Assembly (NCBI RefSeq): GCF_902713615.1
Contig: NC_052157.1
Coordinates: 47,516,553 to 47,580,552 of the forward strand
Reading direction: 5' to 3'
Source of the DNA: Scyliorhinus canicula
Lineage: Eukaryota
DNA: 64,000 nucleotides
Both the position numbers and the translations under genes were made by a program. Position 1 is the stretch's first letter. Each line of letters starts with the position of its first letter. Under the pieces are notes generated by a model, which saw only the letters and a program-made list of their open reading frames with translations, had not been told where the DNA came from and ran no database searches. Of this stretch, positions 12,533 through 25,296 are shown one piece after another.

Positions 12533-13410
12533 CGGATGATACTAAGATTGCAGGAGTTGCGGATAGTGATGAAGACTGTCAGAGAATACAGCAGGTTATA
12601 GATAGGCTGCAAAATTGGGCGGGGAAATGGCAGATGGAATTTAACCCGGACAAATGTGAGATGATCCATTCAGGTGGGAGCTGTAAAATAAATGGCAGAA
12701 CCATCAGGAGCATAAAGACACACAGAGAGACCTGGGCCTGCAGGTCCACAGATCCTTAAAAGTGGCAGCACAGGTGGAAATGGTGGTAAAGAAAGCATAT
12801 GGCATGCTTGCCTTCATAGGACGAGGTATCGAGTATGAAACTCGCAAATTATGCTACAATTATATAGAACGTTGGTTTGGCCACATTTGAAATACTGTGT
12901 CCAATTCTGGTCACCGCACTACCAGAAGGACGTAGAGACTTTTCAAGAGAGTAGGGAAAAGGTTTACCAGGATGTTGCCTGGTATGGAGAGTATTAGCTA
13001 TGAGGAGAGATTGAATAAACTGGGATTGTTCTCCCTCGACAGATGGAGGCTGAGGGGTGACCTGAGAGAAGTTTCTAAAATTATATGGGGCACAGATAGG
13101 GTGAACAGTTGGGAGGTTTTTTCCCAGGGCGGAAATGACAGTTATAAGGGGGCACAAGTTCAAGGTGAGGGGGGAAAGGTTCAGTGGAGATGTGCGGGGG
13201 AAGTTTTTTTACACAGAGGGTGGTGGTGGACTGGAATGCACTGCCAAGTGAGGTGGTTGAGGCAGATACGTTAGCGACCTTTAAGACTTATTTGGATAGA
13301 CACATGAACAGATGGGGTAGAGAAGGATATAGGCAGTTGGTCTAGATTGGATATAGGCTTGGAGGGCCGAAGGGCCTGTTCCTGTGCTGTGCTGTTCTTT
13401 GTTCTCTTTG
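12533..13410 (+). mobile_element. CR1 LINE 3' fragment (second family)
   Basis: ADDTKIAG, WQMEFNPDKC and LGLFSL...LRGDL motifs. Tail gggccgaagggcctgttcctgtgctg. Confidence 0.85.
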
Positions 13411-13504
13411 TGTGGCTTATTTAAAGAGATGGGTTTTGGAAAAAGATGCAGAAGGAGGGGAATCCAGAGATCAGTCAAAAGTAAGAGGGAAATCCAAGGT
13501 CAGT

Positions 13505-13742
13505 ACGGTTTGGGGTGTGAGGGGGATTTAGGGCAGTGAGGGTGTTTGGTAGGGGTGACCGGGTTTGGGGAGGTGAGAGGGTATGGTGGGGCAAGGAGGT
13601 TTAGGGGGATGAGGGGGTGAGGGGATTTAGGGCTGTGGTGAGGTGTAGGTGGGGTGGGTTAAGGGCAGTTGGGGGTTCAGGGTGGGAGGGGATTTCGAGT
13701 GATGGGGGTGTTTAGGGTGGGAGGGGTTTCGCGTGGTGGGGG
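13505..13742 (+). repeat. G-rich degenerate repeat with several TTTAGGG motifs
   Basis: Dense GGG runs in a loose ~20-bp unit. Confidence 0.6.
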
Positions 13743-14358
13743 AATATTCAATGCATCTCTAGTGGGACTTGAACCCATTCTGATTGAGAGGTGGGATTGC
13801 TCCCCACTGAACCAAGGATCTGATCCAGTGCTGCTGTTTCTCTTGTCTCTTGGACCCCTGTGTTAGCAATAATTACAGTTGAAGCTTGCGAATATCAGAC
13901 TTCTTTATCTGCAACTTGCCATGCTGTCATGTACAATAGAAGGACCAGTATGAAATGGTTTAGTTACACATCACATCAGTCTCCTGTGCAACCATCTAAT
14001 GTGTCCTCCCTGACCCACCGGAACACTTACACTTAACAATTAGTTCTCCACTCTTTACAGATGTTTACAGATAATAGAACAATGTACAACAAGTGTAGTC
14101 TGGAACATGATGCCCTGTCTCATAATCCCATTGTGCACTGGCTTCACCACAGTGGACAGAATGCTACCATGCAGGTAAAAGTTTTAAATCTGCAGCCTCA
14201 ACTTTCAAGTTTGCCCCAGAAATCCGTCTCATTTGGCTATTTGTCAGCTCAAACCAAAGTCTAGATCATTCTTGATATACTTCAATAATCAAGGACTTTG
14301 AAATATGAAGCTTTGTTTAGAAATATAAAATAAAGCTACATTGAAAGTGTTCTTGTTC

Positions 14359-14546
14359 CGGGGTGGCACGGTGATGCAGTGGTTAGCACTGCTGCCTCAC
14401 GGCGCCGAGGACCCGGGTTCGATCCTGGCCCCGGGTCACTTTCCGTGTGGAGTTTGCACATTCTCCCTGTGTCCCTACAACCCCAAAAGATGTGCAGGGT
14501 AGGTGTTGGCCATGTTGGAAAAAAGAATTGGGTACTCTAAATTTAT
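14359..14546 (+). mobile_element. tRNA-derived SINE, A-tailed subfamily, 14-bp TSD
   Basis: A/B boxes, tail gaattgggtactctaaattta. TSD aagt(g/a)ttcttgttc at 14345-14358 and 14547-14560. Confidence 0.85.
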
Positions 14547-14564
14547 AAGTATTCTTGTTCTTAC

Positions 14565-14660
14565 CTTGTACCCACTCACTTGTTGAACCAACAGTGAAAG
14601 GATTGCCGTCAGAGGAGCGGAAAAGTTTGAACACTTTTGCAGCAGCAGATCCTCTTGCTC
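14565..14660 (-). CDS. CEMIP: CEMIP exon (GARGSAAAKVFKLFRSSDGNPFTVGSTSEWVQ)
   Basis: Matches CEMIP RGSAAAxVFKLF...SEWVQ. cccacag|...|gtaag, 96 nt, phase 1-1. Confidence 0.94.
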
Positions 14661-16057
14661 CTGTGGGATTAGCAACAAGGTGAACTGGAGTTAGCTCTTC
14701 AATTCAACACTGAATTCTCCATTGCGAGTTCCAACATTCTCCATTGCGAGTTCTCCAAACAAAAGCTTCAATGTTTACATTTTTCCGAGAAATGTCTTTT
14801 GGAAACATTCTTTGGCAATCGGCCCTCAATGTCCATGGAGGTTCCCCAAAACTTCCACATTAACTTTACCATTTAGGCTGCTTCTTTGAGCGTTGTGTCA
14901 ATCTTCTGCCCAATTTGTGCGGGGAAGTTAAAAGGGCAACATTTTCTGATTACACCTTCCCCGTGTGGAGTCTCACCACTGGGGGGCACCCTTAGCCAGA
15001 TGTACATTTTAATGAGTAGAAAATGGAGCACTATTTCCATTGAGTTACATTGGACCTACAGCACAACCCCAATAGAGAAAAGAGCCCCAGGTTTCTCAGC
15101 CACTCCTGGCCAGTATTTCCTCTTAATTCGGACATTCTCCTTGTGAATCTTTTTTTTCACCTTCTCAATGCCCATATGTCCTTTTCCTAACATGGGGTAT
15201 CGCTTGGGGCAACGTGGTGGCACAGTGCTGCCTCACTGCGCCAAGATCCTGGGTTCAATTTTGGCCTGTGGAGTTTGCACTTTCTCCCCGTGTCTGTACG
15301 AGTTTCCTCTGGTACTACGGTTCCCTCCCACAGTCCAAAGATGTGCGGGTTAGGTGGATTGGCCATGCAAAATTGTCCCTTAGTATCCAAAAGATTAGGT
15401 GTGGTTACGGGGATAGGGTAGGGTGCTCTTTCTAAGGGTCATGCAGACTTGATAGGTCGAATGGCCTCCTTCTGCACTGTAGGAATTCTATGATTCTACG
15501 ATTCATGGGTGAATATCGACCAGTCTAACTGGTCTATACTGGTGGTTATGCTCCACATGAGCCTCCTCCTACCTTTCTTTTCTCTTGCCTTCTAAGCATA
15601 ATGTATAATTACTTTCTGCCTTATCTACGATATAGTTTCCCCTTGAACTCATCTGTGCTAGTCACCTCGGCTGTCTACTATGAGAGAGAGTTCCACTACC
15701 TGGGTAAAGAAGGCCCTCCTGAATTTCTATTGGGTTTATCAATGCCTATTTTATATCAATGGATCCTAGTTCTGGTGTCCCTTATTATTGAAAACATCTA
15801 CCAAACCTTTTTATTATTTTAAAGGCCTGGACTAGGTTGCACTTTAGCCTTCTTAAAAGTCCCAGTTTGTTAGAAGGGAGTAATAGCATGTCACTGGCTG
15901 GTGGAATTTAAATTCAATTAATGACTCCGGAATTGAAAGCTAGAGGTGACCATGACACCGTCAACAGTTGTTGTAAAATTTCATCTCGTTCACTGATGCC
16001 ATTGAGTGAAGGATATCTGTCACCTTTACCTGATCTGGCCTACATGTGTCTCTAGGC

Positions 16058-18618
16058 CAGCCTTGTCCAACCGGCAGTCCACGGGATGGACTGTGGCCCC
16101 TGAAGCCATTCAAGGTGACGCCCGAAGCCAGTTTTCAAAATGTTGGTCAGACAGGTTAGTCAAGTGGGAGATTCTGCAAGGAGCTGCTCCACCAATCACA
16201 GGCCTTTCCTCTCCCACATTTGCTGCTTATGCGCTCTATCTGCAGCAAATGTGGGAGAGGAACAGTCGGTGATTGGAGGAGCAGCAAACAGCTGTTGAGG
16301 TGAGTTTGATGGGAGAAGGAGGTTTTCTTTTGGTAGGCGGGAAACAGGCGGGTGCGTGTTTGGGAGTGTGTGCGTGTTTGGGAGTGTGTGTGTGTTTGGG
16401 AGTGCGTGCGTGTTTGGGAGTGCGTGCGTGTTTGGGAGTGTGTGCGTGTTTGGGAGTGTGTGTGTGTTTGGGAGTGCGTGCGTGTTTGGGAGTGCGTGCG
16501 TGTTTGGGAGTGCGTGCGTGTTTGGGAGTGTGTGCGTGTTTGGAAGTGTGTGCGTGTTTGGGAGTGTGTGTGTGTTTGGGAGTGTGTGTGTGTTTGGGAG
16601 TGTGTGCGTGTTTGGGAGTGTGTGCGTGTTTGGGAGTGTGTGCGTGTTTGGAAGTGTGTGTGTGTTTGGGAGTGTGTGCGTGTTTGGGAGTGTGTGCGTG
16701 TTTGGAAGTGTGTGCGTGTTTGGGAGTGTGTGCGTGTTTGGGAGTGTGTGCGTGTTTGGGAGTGTGTGTGTGTTTGGGAGTGTGTGCGTGTTTGGGAGTG
16801 TGTGTGTGTTTGGGAGTGTGTGTGTTTGGGAGTGTGTGTGTGTTTGGGAGTGTGTGTGTGTGTTTGGGTGTGTGTGTGTTTGGGAATTTGTGTTTGGGAG
16901 AGGGTGAGTGAGTGTGTGTTTGGGAGTGTGTGTGTGTTTGGGAGTGTGTGTGTTTGGGAGTGTGTGTGTGTTTGGGAGTGTGTGTGTGTGTTTGGGTGTG
17001 TGTGTGTTTGGGAATTTGTGTTTGGGAGAGGGTGAGTGAGTGAGTGTGTGTTTGGGAGTACATCAGTGAGTGTGTTTGGGAGTGAGTAAGTGTGTGTTTG
17101 GGGGTGTGTGAGTGCGTGTTTGGGAGTGAGTGAGTGAGTGTTTGGGAATGAATGAGTGCATGTCTGGGAGTGCGTGAGTGATTGCGTGTTTGGGAGTGAG
17201 TGAGTGTCTGGGAGTGAGTGAGTGAGTGCTTGTTTGACAGTGAGTGAGTGCGTGTTTGGGTGTGCATGAGTGAGTGCGTGTTTGAGAGTGAGTGTTTGGG
17301 AATGAATGAGTGGGTGTCTGGAAGTGCGTGAGTGAGTGCGTGTTTGGGAGTGAGTGTTTAGGATTGAATGAGTGCGTGTCTGGGAATGCGTGAGTGAGTG
17401 CGTGTTTGGGAGTGAGTGAGTGTCTGGGAGTGAGTGAGTGAGTGCTTGTTTGACAGTGAGTGAGTGCGTGTTTGGGTGTGCATGAGTGAGTGCGTGTTTG
17501 AGAGTGAGTGTTTGGGAATAAATGAGTGGGTGTCTGGAAGTGCGTGAGTGAGTGCGTGTTTGGGAGTGAGTGTTTAGGATTGAATGAGAGCGTGTCTGGG
17601 AATGCGTGAGTGAGTGCGTGTTTGGGAGTGAGTGAGTGAGCGCGTGTTTGGGATGCATGAGTGAGTGCGTGTTTAGGAGTGAGTGTTTGGGAATGAGTGG
17701 GTGTCTGGGAGTGCGTGAGTGAGTGCGTGTCAGGGAGTGAGTGGGTGTTTGGGAGTGAGTGAGTGCGTGTTTGCGAGTGAGTGATTGCGTGTTTGTGAGT
17801 GAGTGAGTGAGTGTGTGTTTGGGAGTGAGCGAGCGAGTGGTTGGGAGTGAGTGAGTGAGTGTGTGTTTGGGAGTGAGTGAGTGAGTGTGTGTTTGGGAGT
17901 GAGTGAGTGAGTGCATGTTTGGGTGTGGGTGAGTGCATGTTTGGGAGTGAGTGAGTGTGTGTTTGGGAGTGAGTGAGTGTGTGTTTGGGAGTGAGTGAGT
18001 GAGTGTTTGGGAGTGAGTGAGTGAGTGTTTGGGAGTGAGTGAGTGAGTGTTTGGGAGTGAGTGAGTGTGTGTTTGGGAGTGAGTGAGTGAGTGTTTGGGA
18101 GTGAGTGAGTGAGTGTTTGGGAGTGAGTGAGTGTGTGTTTGGGAGTGAGTGAGTGAGTGTTTGGGAGTGAGTGAGTGTGTGTTTGGGAGTGAGTGAGTGA
18201 GTGTTTGGGAGTGAGTGAGTGTGTGTTTGGGAGTGAGTGAGTGCATGTTTGGGTGTGGGTGAGTAGGCATGTGTGTGTCTATCTTACTCCTAATTTTACA
18301 TATCTCACTCAGTCTCATCGACATTAACTCATACGCACTCACAGTGGGTGTGGATGTGTGAGTGAGCAGCCTGAGACTGAGCCTCGCACGTTAACCCTCT
18401 CACACTCATTTTCATTCATTCCTCTTTTTATTTCAACAGTTTATTGCTATGACATTGCTTTATTTTTGCTCAGCAATTGTTTCTTTCCTTAATAACTCAC
18501 ATTTTAAAAACATTGAGTTTAATTTTGTACCAATAGTCTGTCTGAAATTTCTCACAGGCCCCTTGAGAAAAGAAATGAAAATGCGGTCCCTCACAAATGA
18601 AAAGGTTGGACAAGCCTG
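16058..18618. mobile_element. Non-autonomous hAT (Charlie-like) element containing a minisatellite
   Basis: 15-bp TIRs cagccttgtccaacc / ggttggacaagcctg (1 mismatch). Degenerate 8-bp TSD. The host repeat resumes after 18618. Confidence 0.75.
16350..18268. repeat. Minisatellite, ~18-bp unit GTGTGYGTGTTTGGGAGT grading into (GAGT)n-GTGTTTGG units
   Basis: Directly visible; higher-order periods of 128 and 216 bp. Confidence 0.95.
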
Positions 18619-18771
18619 CTCTCAGTCCACAGCAATGTGCCCTCCAAAATAGCTCTGACTAGTCACCCATTTGAAGAATAATTCATGGGATACTGACAAT
18701 TGTCAGCAAGCCCATATCCTGTATAATTTTAAAAATGTGATTGGAGCCTGGCATTATCCTTCTGCATTCTT

Positions 18772-19586
18772 TTTTTTTAATAAACAATTTTATTGAGGTA
18801 GTTTTTGGCTTTGTAAACAGTTACAGACATCAACAGAAAGAAAGCAAAAAAAGGCAAAAATGTGCAAACATCCACGTACATTCAATACTTCAATCGTAAC
18901 ATACTGCACAAGCCCGCTCCTCTCCCACCGATACTACCCGTCAATTTATCCCTCCTACTCTACTCTAACGCCCCCCCACCACCCCCTGCTGACGTTCACT
19001 CTCCCGCAAAGTAAATAAATGGTTGCCACCTTCAGGCGAAACCCTGTACAGATCCCCTCAAGGCGAACTTAATTTTTTCCATACCCAGGAAACTCGACAT
19101 GTCCGCAAGCCACAACTCAGTCTTCGGGGGCTTTGAGTCCCTGCATGCCAATAATATTCGTCGGCGGGCTATCAGGGAAGCAAAGGCCAAAACATCGGCC
19201 TCTTTCTCCCCCTGGACTCCCGGGTCTTCCGAAACCCCAAAAATTGCCACCCCTGGACCCATCGCCACCCTTGTTTTTAGCACCCGGGACATGACACCCG
19301 CAAATCCCTCACAGTACCCCCTAAGCTTAGGGCATGCCGAAAACATGTGTACATGGTTCGCTGGTCCTCCTGCGCACCTAGCGCATTTGTCCTCTATCCC
19401 AAAGAATTTGCTCATCCGAGCCACCGTCATGTGGGCCCGGTGAACGACCTTAAATTGAATCAGGCCGAGCCTGGCACATGTTGCGGTCGAATTTACCCTA
19501 CTCAGGGCCTCTGCCCACAGCCCATCCTCCATTTCCCCGCCTAGCTCCTCCTCCCATTTAAGTTTCAGTTCCTCCGTCTGGGACCC
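18772..19586 (-). mobile_element. 5'-truncated L1 with perfect 18-bp TSD
   Basis: ORF2 C-terminus (QFKVVHRAH...HMFSACP), poly(A). TSD ttatccttctgcattctt at 18754-18771 and 19587-19604. Confidence 0.93.
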
Positions 19587-19855
19587 TTATCCTTCTGCAT
19601 TCTTAATGCACCTTTGACGTACATACTATCCAGACCCTTTTTGAAGACCAGAATCGTTCCTAATATTCCAAGTCTAGTTTAACCAAGGTTCTGTACAAGT
19701 TTGAATTTCCTGACACTCCGTCTCTGGGGGAAAGCAATTGGTAAATATAACCTCGGATTTATTTTTCAATCAAATACAAATCTTGCCAGTTTATAAAACC
19801 TTTCTCATTTTAAAGTTAGTTATAATAAGAATATAGAACGTGTCTCATCATTTAC

Positions 19856-19926
19856 CTTGATAAATAACATGATCTTCAGCAGAAGATTCGGGCGAACCTT
19901 TAATAGTGATAAAGCTCCAAGGGTGC
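19856..19926 (-). CDS. CEMIP: CEMIP exon (HPWSFITIKGSPESSAEDHVIYQ)
   Basis: Hand translation matches CEMIP HPWSFxTxKGxPxSSxEDH. 71 nt, phase 2-1. Confidence 0.93.
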
Positions 19927-19936
19927 CTTTGAATTT

Positions 19937-20352
19937 AAAAAGAAAGACTTGCATTTATATAGCACCTTTTGTAGAATGTCCCAAAGGGCTTTACAGCCAG
20001 TGAAGTATTTCTGAAGTGTTGTTCTGTTGTAATGTAGGAAACAGGGCAGCCAATTTTCACACAGTAAGCTCCAATAAGCAGGAATATGATAATATGATTG
20101 AGTTATGATTATTGGCCAGGACATCAGGAATAACTCTCCTGTTTGTCTACAAAATAGTGTCCTGGGATCAACCCCATCCACCTGAGAGCAGACAGGGCCT
20201 CAGTTCAACATTTCATCTGAAAGACAGTGTGGCACTCCCTCTGTGCTGCACTGGAGTGTTAGCCAAGATTGTGTGCGAAGTCTCCACAGTGGAGCATAAA
20301 CCCAGAACCTTCTGACTCCGAGTTGAAAGTGTCCCAGCTGGGCCACAGCTGA
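19937..20352 (-). mobile_element. DeuSINE (SacSINE1-like): tRNA head, Deu domain, tail
   Basis: Minus strand has cactattttg...tcctggccaata...aaattggctgcc...tttcctacattacaaca...ggctgtaaagc and the tail ataaatgcaagtctttctttt. Confidence 0.75.
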
Positions 20353-20372
20353 AACTTAAATTGAAAGATCTT

Positions 20373-21491
20373 GGGCATGATTGAAGGGGAAAATACAGAG
20401 TCCCATTTTAGGCAAGTTCAGCGGGATGTTTCTGAATGCCTGCAGCACTGAGAACGATTCTCACTCGAGCACGGTGCGGCCGGTGAATCTCAGGATAGGC
20501 TACTCGTGTGTTTCCCGGCAGTATTCACGCCTCGCAGGATACACCCCAAGACCCGCGTGGTGTCGGAGTCAGAATTACCCCCAAAAGGGGAAAGACTAAA
20601 CGGTGTGCACCGAACTTACCCAGGGTCTGCCGACCTCAACAGCAAAGCCACAGCTGGGCACTGTTCAGCACCGTTCAGGTCTGGTCCACACAAACGTGGA
20701 CCTGGAAGAACAGCACCAGGGGGGGTCTCCTGGGCTATCGGAGACCCCTGGGTGGCCACAGTCAGTGCAGGGTGGCCCCTGAGGGTGGCCCCAGGCCCTC
20801 CCCCTTAAACGCACTGCCAAGGTGACCAGGTGGTACTGCCAAGCTGGCAGAAGCACTGCTCGAGTGCCAAGGTGGCAGTGCAAGGGTGACTCAGTACCAG
20901 ATGGCACTGCCAAAGGTCAGCGGCCGAGGGGGGACATGCCCATGAAAGGAGGGCGGAGGGGGGTATGAGGGTGGCGGTGTGCATGGCAGGTAAGTACGGG
21001 CCTCTGGGAGGTTGGGGGAGTGATGGGTGGGGGTCCTGGAAGGGTGGGCCTGTAAGGGAGTGTGTGGGGGGGGGCTGAAGATGGGAGATCCCCAGAGACC
21101 CCACATCAGGATGTCCTCATTTGAGGGAGGGGGTGGCGTAATGCCCATGTGTGTGGGGGATGACATTACCAATGGGTGGGAGGTGCGGGCAACCCACAAG
21201 TTCACTTAGGACACAATCAAACGGTGCCCTAGCGAGCTGCATTTTGGGCTCAGCGTGGCTGATGAAAGCCAGGAGACCCTGCTCCCGGGATCTACCCGGC
21301 TCAACACGTCTCGCGAGATACAACAGGATCTTGGGAGACGCTGCGATGAAATCTGGATCTCGCACAGTGAGAGTGAGGTCCACATCGCGACATCTCGTGA
21401 GATCTCGTTGATTTCGGCAGACGTCCCAAGCATTGCGAGGACAGCCTTGTTGCGTCCAGGGTCGGGCGCGATGAGACCTTCGATCGGGTCC
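20373..21491. mobile_element. Non-autonomous Harbinger-type element, TSD CTT
   Basis: Imperfect TIRs GGGCATGATTGAAGG / CCTTCGATCGGGTCC flanked by CTT. Confidence 0.65.
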
Positions 21492-21865
21492 CTTGTCGTT
21501 AAGGCAGACTTTCGGTGGGGACAGGCAAAATCTTGCTTAAGAATACGTGATCAAAATAAACACTCAGAAACATCGGAAACCAAACTTCTCAAATAGGCCT
21601 TCAAAATAAAAACAAACTATATAGGGAATAGAACCAAATATTAACTTGAATTTTTATTCCAATTCTGATACAGCTTCTGACTCCAGAAACATAATCAACC
21701 AATAAAACGTAACTTTGCCCAATTAGTGAAAAGGTCTTTGGTCAGGGCAAGGTCTCGCTGATGGCTCTGTTTCCAGTCTGGTGCATTTAATCTCTGACCG
21801 CCCCATTGAATGGGGGCAATCGGTTTATGTTAATTAAATTATTAAACCTTACCGATCAAGACCCT

Positions 21866-22505
21866 GGACGACATTCTCCGACCCCCGCCGGGCTGGAGAA
21901 TCAGCGGGGGGTGGCGTGAATTCTCTGGCGCCGGTGTTTCGGTAGGGGCGGGAATCACGTCGCACCGGTCGGGGGCCATTGGCAGCTGCCCCCCAGCGAT
22001 TCTCCGGCCCGCGATGGGCTGAGAGGCCGCCCGTTGTCCGTGGGTCTCGCCGGCGTGAAATACATCAGGTCTGTACCGGCAGGACCTGATTCTGCGGGCG
22101 GCGCGGGGTTATCTAGCCCCGGGGGGTGCCCCCACGGTGGCCTGGCCCGCGATCAGGGCCGACCGATCCGCGGGCGGGTCTGTGCTGTGGGGGCACTCTT
22201 TCTCTCCACACCGGCCGCTGTAACGGTCCACCATGGCCGGTGCGGAGAAGATCCCCCTCTGCATGCGCTGGGATCACGCCAGCACACGCTGGCGCTCCCG
22301 CGCTTCCGCCAACTCGCGGCAACCGGCGGAGGCCCTTCGGCACCGGTTGGCGTGGTGCCAAGCCCTTCGGTGCCGGTTGGCACCGCGCTAACCCCTGTAG
22401 GTGTGGAGAATTCAGCACCTTCTGGGCAGCCCGATGCCGGAGTGGTTCACGCCACTCCTCGGCGCCGATACGGCCCGCCTCTCCGGTTAGGGGAGAATCC
22501 CGGCC
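21866..22505. mobile_element. Harbinger-type MITE, TSD CCT
   Basis: Ends GGACGACATTCTCC / GGAGAATCCCGGCC flanked by CCT. Confidence 0.8.
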
Positions 22506-24169
22506 CCTGTGTCACATCGCCTCCCGTCAACAGGTTACTTTAATTCTCTGATGATGGGATCATACAGAATTCGCTGTCCATTTGCACTGCATCTGCGCGT
22601 TGGTGAAACTGGGCAATGTGAAGTGACGCTGTACGTTATGCTCCACACTGCACACTGAGCAAGTTCCATTAACACCAACACAGAGGTACAGGCATTGACA
22701 TTGCACATTACACACCACCCTGACAACCACATGCAATCTCAAGTGTAACATGTAGTAATGACCGGGATACAAAACGCTTTTCCTCAGTTTTCACAGGAGT
22801 TGGGATATCGCGATGGGGGCTGAACAGAAATGCAGGTAGAACTGTTAACAGAACTTCACCTTTAAAGGGAAATTACACCAATGAGGTTACACAAATTTAA
22901 GGTCGACAGATCTTAACATTTCAGATGTCCCTAAGTGACCTGGGTTTGGGTTTGATCTGGGTTTTTATTCACGGATGATACAAACCTAGGTGGAAAATAA
23001 GAAATCAGAGTGGTACATAGAAGCCAAGTGAATTCAAAAGTACCTGAACAATATCTGAATGTGGTTAGAACTATTAGAAGATAAAATTCAATACAGATAT
23101 ATGTGAAATGAAGTCCAAGGCAGTTGGATAGGAGGATGTGGCGGATCTCAGGTTTCTATTGAAGGGTGAGCTAGATTGGCTAAATGGCCACTGGCTGCAA
23201 TCGATGTTTTCAAAATTTATTCTGTCACAGGATGTGGGCATCACTGGCTCAGCCAGCATTTTGTTGCCAATCCTTAATTACGCTTGAGAAGGTGGTGGTG
23301 AGCTCCCTTCTTGAAGTCCATGCAGCCCATGTGGTGTAGGTACACCCACAGTGCAGTTAGGGAGGGAGTTCCGGGTTTTGATCCAGTGACAGTGAAGGAA
23401 TAGTGACGTAGATCCAAGGCATGGGGCGAAGTAGTTATCAGTTCTGCCTCACAACGCTAGTGACTCGGGTTCCATTCCGAACCTGGTTGACAGCCTGTGT
23501 GGAGTGCGCACTTTCTCCCCGAGTCTGCGTGGGTTTCCTCCGGTTGCTCCAGTTTCCTCCCACAGTCCAAAGATGTGCAGGGTAGGTGGATTGCCCATTC
23601 TAAATTGCCCCTTAGTATCCAACATTTTAGATGGGGTTATGGGAATAAGGCGGGGGTGTGGGTCTGAGTAGGGTGCTCTTTCACAAGGTCGGGGTGCAGA
23701 CTCAATGGACAAAATGGCCTCCTTCTGCACTAAAGGGATTCTATGAGGTCAGAAATTATTACAGCTACCATATTATATCCCATTCCAAAGACTGTCCCAA
23801 ATAGCAAGAGAAGCCAGGCTTTTGTGAGAGGAAAATATACTAAATTAGATTGGATTGACTCCAATAAATAAACTCTATTTTTAATCCACTGCCCATTGAT
23901 GCTTCGCTGTTGAGGACTTCTTGCCAATTTTTCACGATAATTAAGGCAGGATTAAGATTATGAGCACTTGGAAAATGGGGGGAGTTGATGGCCTACAATG
24001 TGGATGTGGAGCAGTGATTGAGAAGCCAGAGCTCCCTGCTTGGCAGCAAGAAAGAGGCAGACTGTCAAATGTGATGAACTCAAGGGATTAAACTTCACCA
24101 AGTAGTCAATTTAATTTTATGGTTAGGATCCTTTCTTTTAAAAAAAAAGTACATTTTAAAAGGTTTTAC

Positions 24170-24349
24170 CTGAATCCAAGATGTCTGAAATACTTGCTCC
24201 CGAGCTTTGACAGTGCATTCTTGGCAAAGTCATCCAGCTTGGCTGACCCCTCGTCATTCACAGCCACTGAAATTATCAGGCCTTCCTTAACTCTGTCCAA
24301 GTACTCAGCAAGACGTTTACTTTCATCTTCGCTTTTATAGGTGTCAAAT
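24170..24349 (-). CDS. CEMIP: CEMIP exon, GG domain (FDTYKSEDESKRLAEYL...SVAVNDEGS...LGFR)
   Basis: Within ORF 24166-24423. 180 nt, cacag|...|gtaaa, phase 2-2. Confidence 0.96.
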
Positions 24350-24811
24350 CTGTGATTTTGTTTTAAACAATAGAGGTACTTAATTGAGGCATCAAAGTCA
24401 TCAATCACCCTGAAAGCCGTCAAGAACAGCAGATGCAGAACTCAAATCCAACAAGAAGCCCGTCAGAGTAGCGAGTGCAAGCATGACAAACAGATACACA
24501 TCAAAGCCGTGCATCATGGGAGCAGCAGCTGTTTCAGACTCTTTCCAACATTGCAGTGGATCATGTTGTATATTTTGTATCCCTTGGAGCTACGCAGAGA
24601 TGACACTAGTTTCTATGTGTGTATCTACTTCATGCTTCAGCTCTGGCTTCCAGCTCTGCTCCAATTTGTTTACTTTCTTCTGAGTCCACACCCAGACTTA
24701 ACTAATCAAGCACAGTGAGCATAAATAGTAAACAGACTCACGGAAGAATTGAACACGACAGATGAGATGGCCAATATGGACTAAAAATGGAAATGACTGG
24801 TCTAAACTCAC

Positions 24812-25048
24812 CTGTCTGAATGGACGACTTCTCCGATCAGGTTAATTACATGGACTATAATGCCTCGCTGGCCCCAGCTTCTTTCAAAGTAGTAGCCACC
24901 CTTGCTCATCCCACCAGGGTGCAGGGTGTTGTTCAGAAATGTCCAGGACAGTTTGTGAGCACCGTGAATTTCAAGTGTCCCTCCTCTACCAACTCCAATG
25001 AACTTCAACCCAAAATAGCTGTGAAGGTTTTCTGTTTCTTCATCAGAT
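24812..25048 (-). CDS. CEMIP: CEMIP exon, G8 end/GG domain start (SDEETENLHSYFGLKFIGVGRGGTLEIHG...SWTFLNNTLHPGG...HSDR)
   Basis: Overlaps ORF 24808-25008. 237 nt, donor AG|gtgagt, phase 2-2. Confidence 0.96.
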
Positions 25049-25296
25049 CTTCAAAAAAGACAACATAGAAGTGAAACTCGTAGAGGCAAAGCATTTCATC
25101 CAAGAATAAAAAGATATTTTAGTTTTCATAAACTATATTGGGGAGAAATATTATGAATTTGTGCTCCAGACGTTGGAACTAATTTTAACATCAAGTGGTA
25201 ATGTAAAACGGGAAGTAATTTATTCAACTGTCTCTTACACACCTCTCCCCATTTTGATTCCCACGGAAGTCAATACTAGTTAAAATTTGGAGTGAA

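Noticed and set aside
14359-14440. tRNA genes suggested by A/B boxes
   Set aside because: Every instance continues into a SINE body and tail; no complete cloverleaf was recognised.
16156-18342. 728-aa His/Thr-rich ORF and overlapping long ORFs
   Set aside because: Open in several frames on both strands because the minisatellite lacks stop codons; intronic and inside a hAT element.
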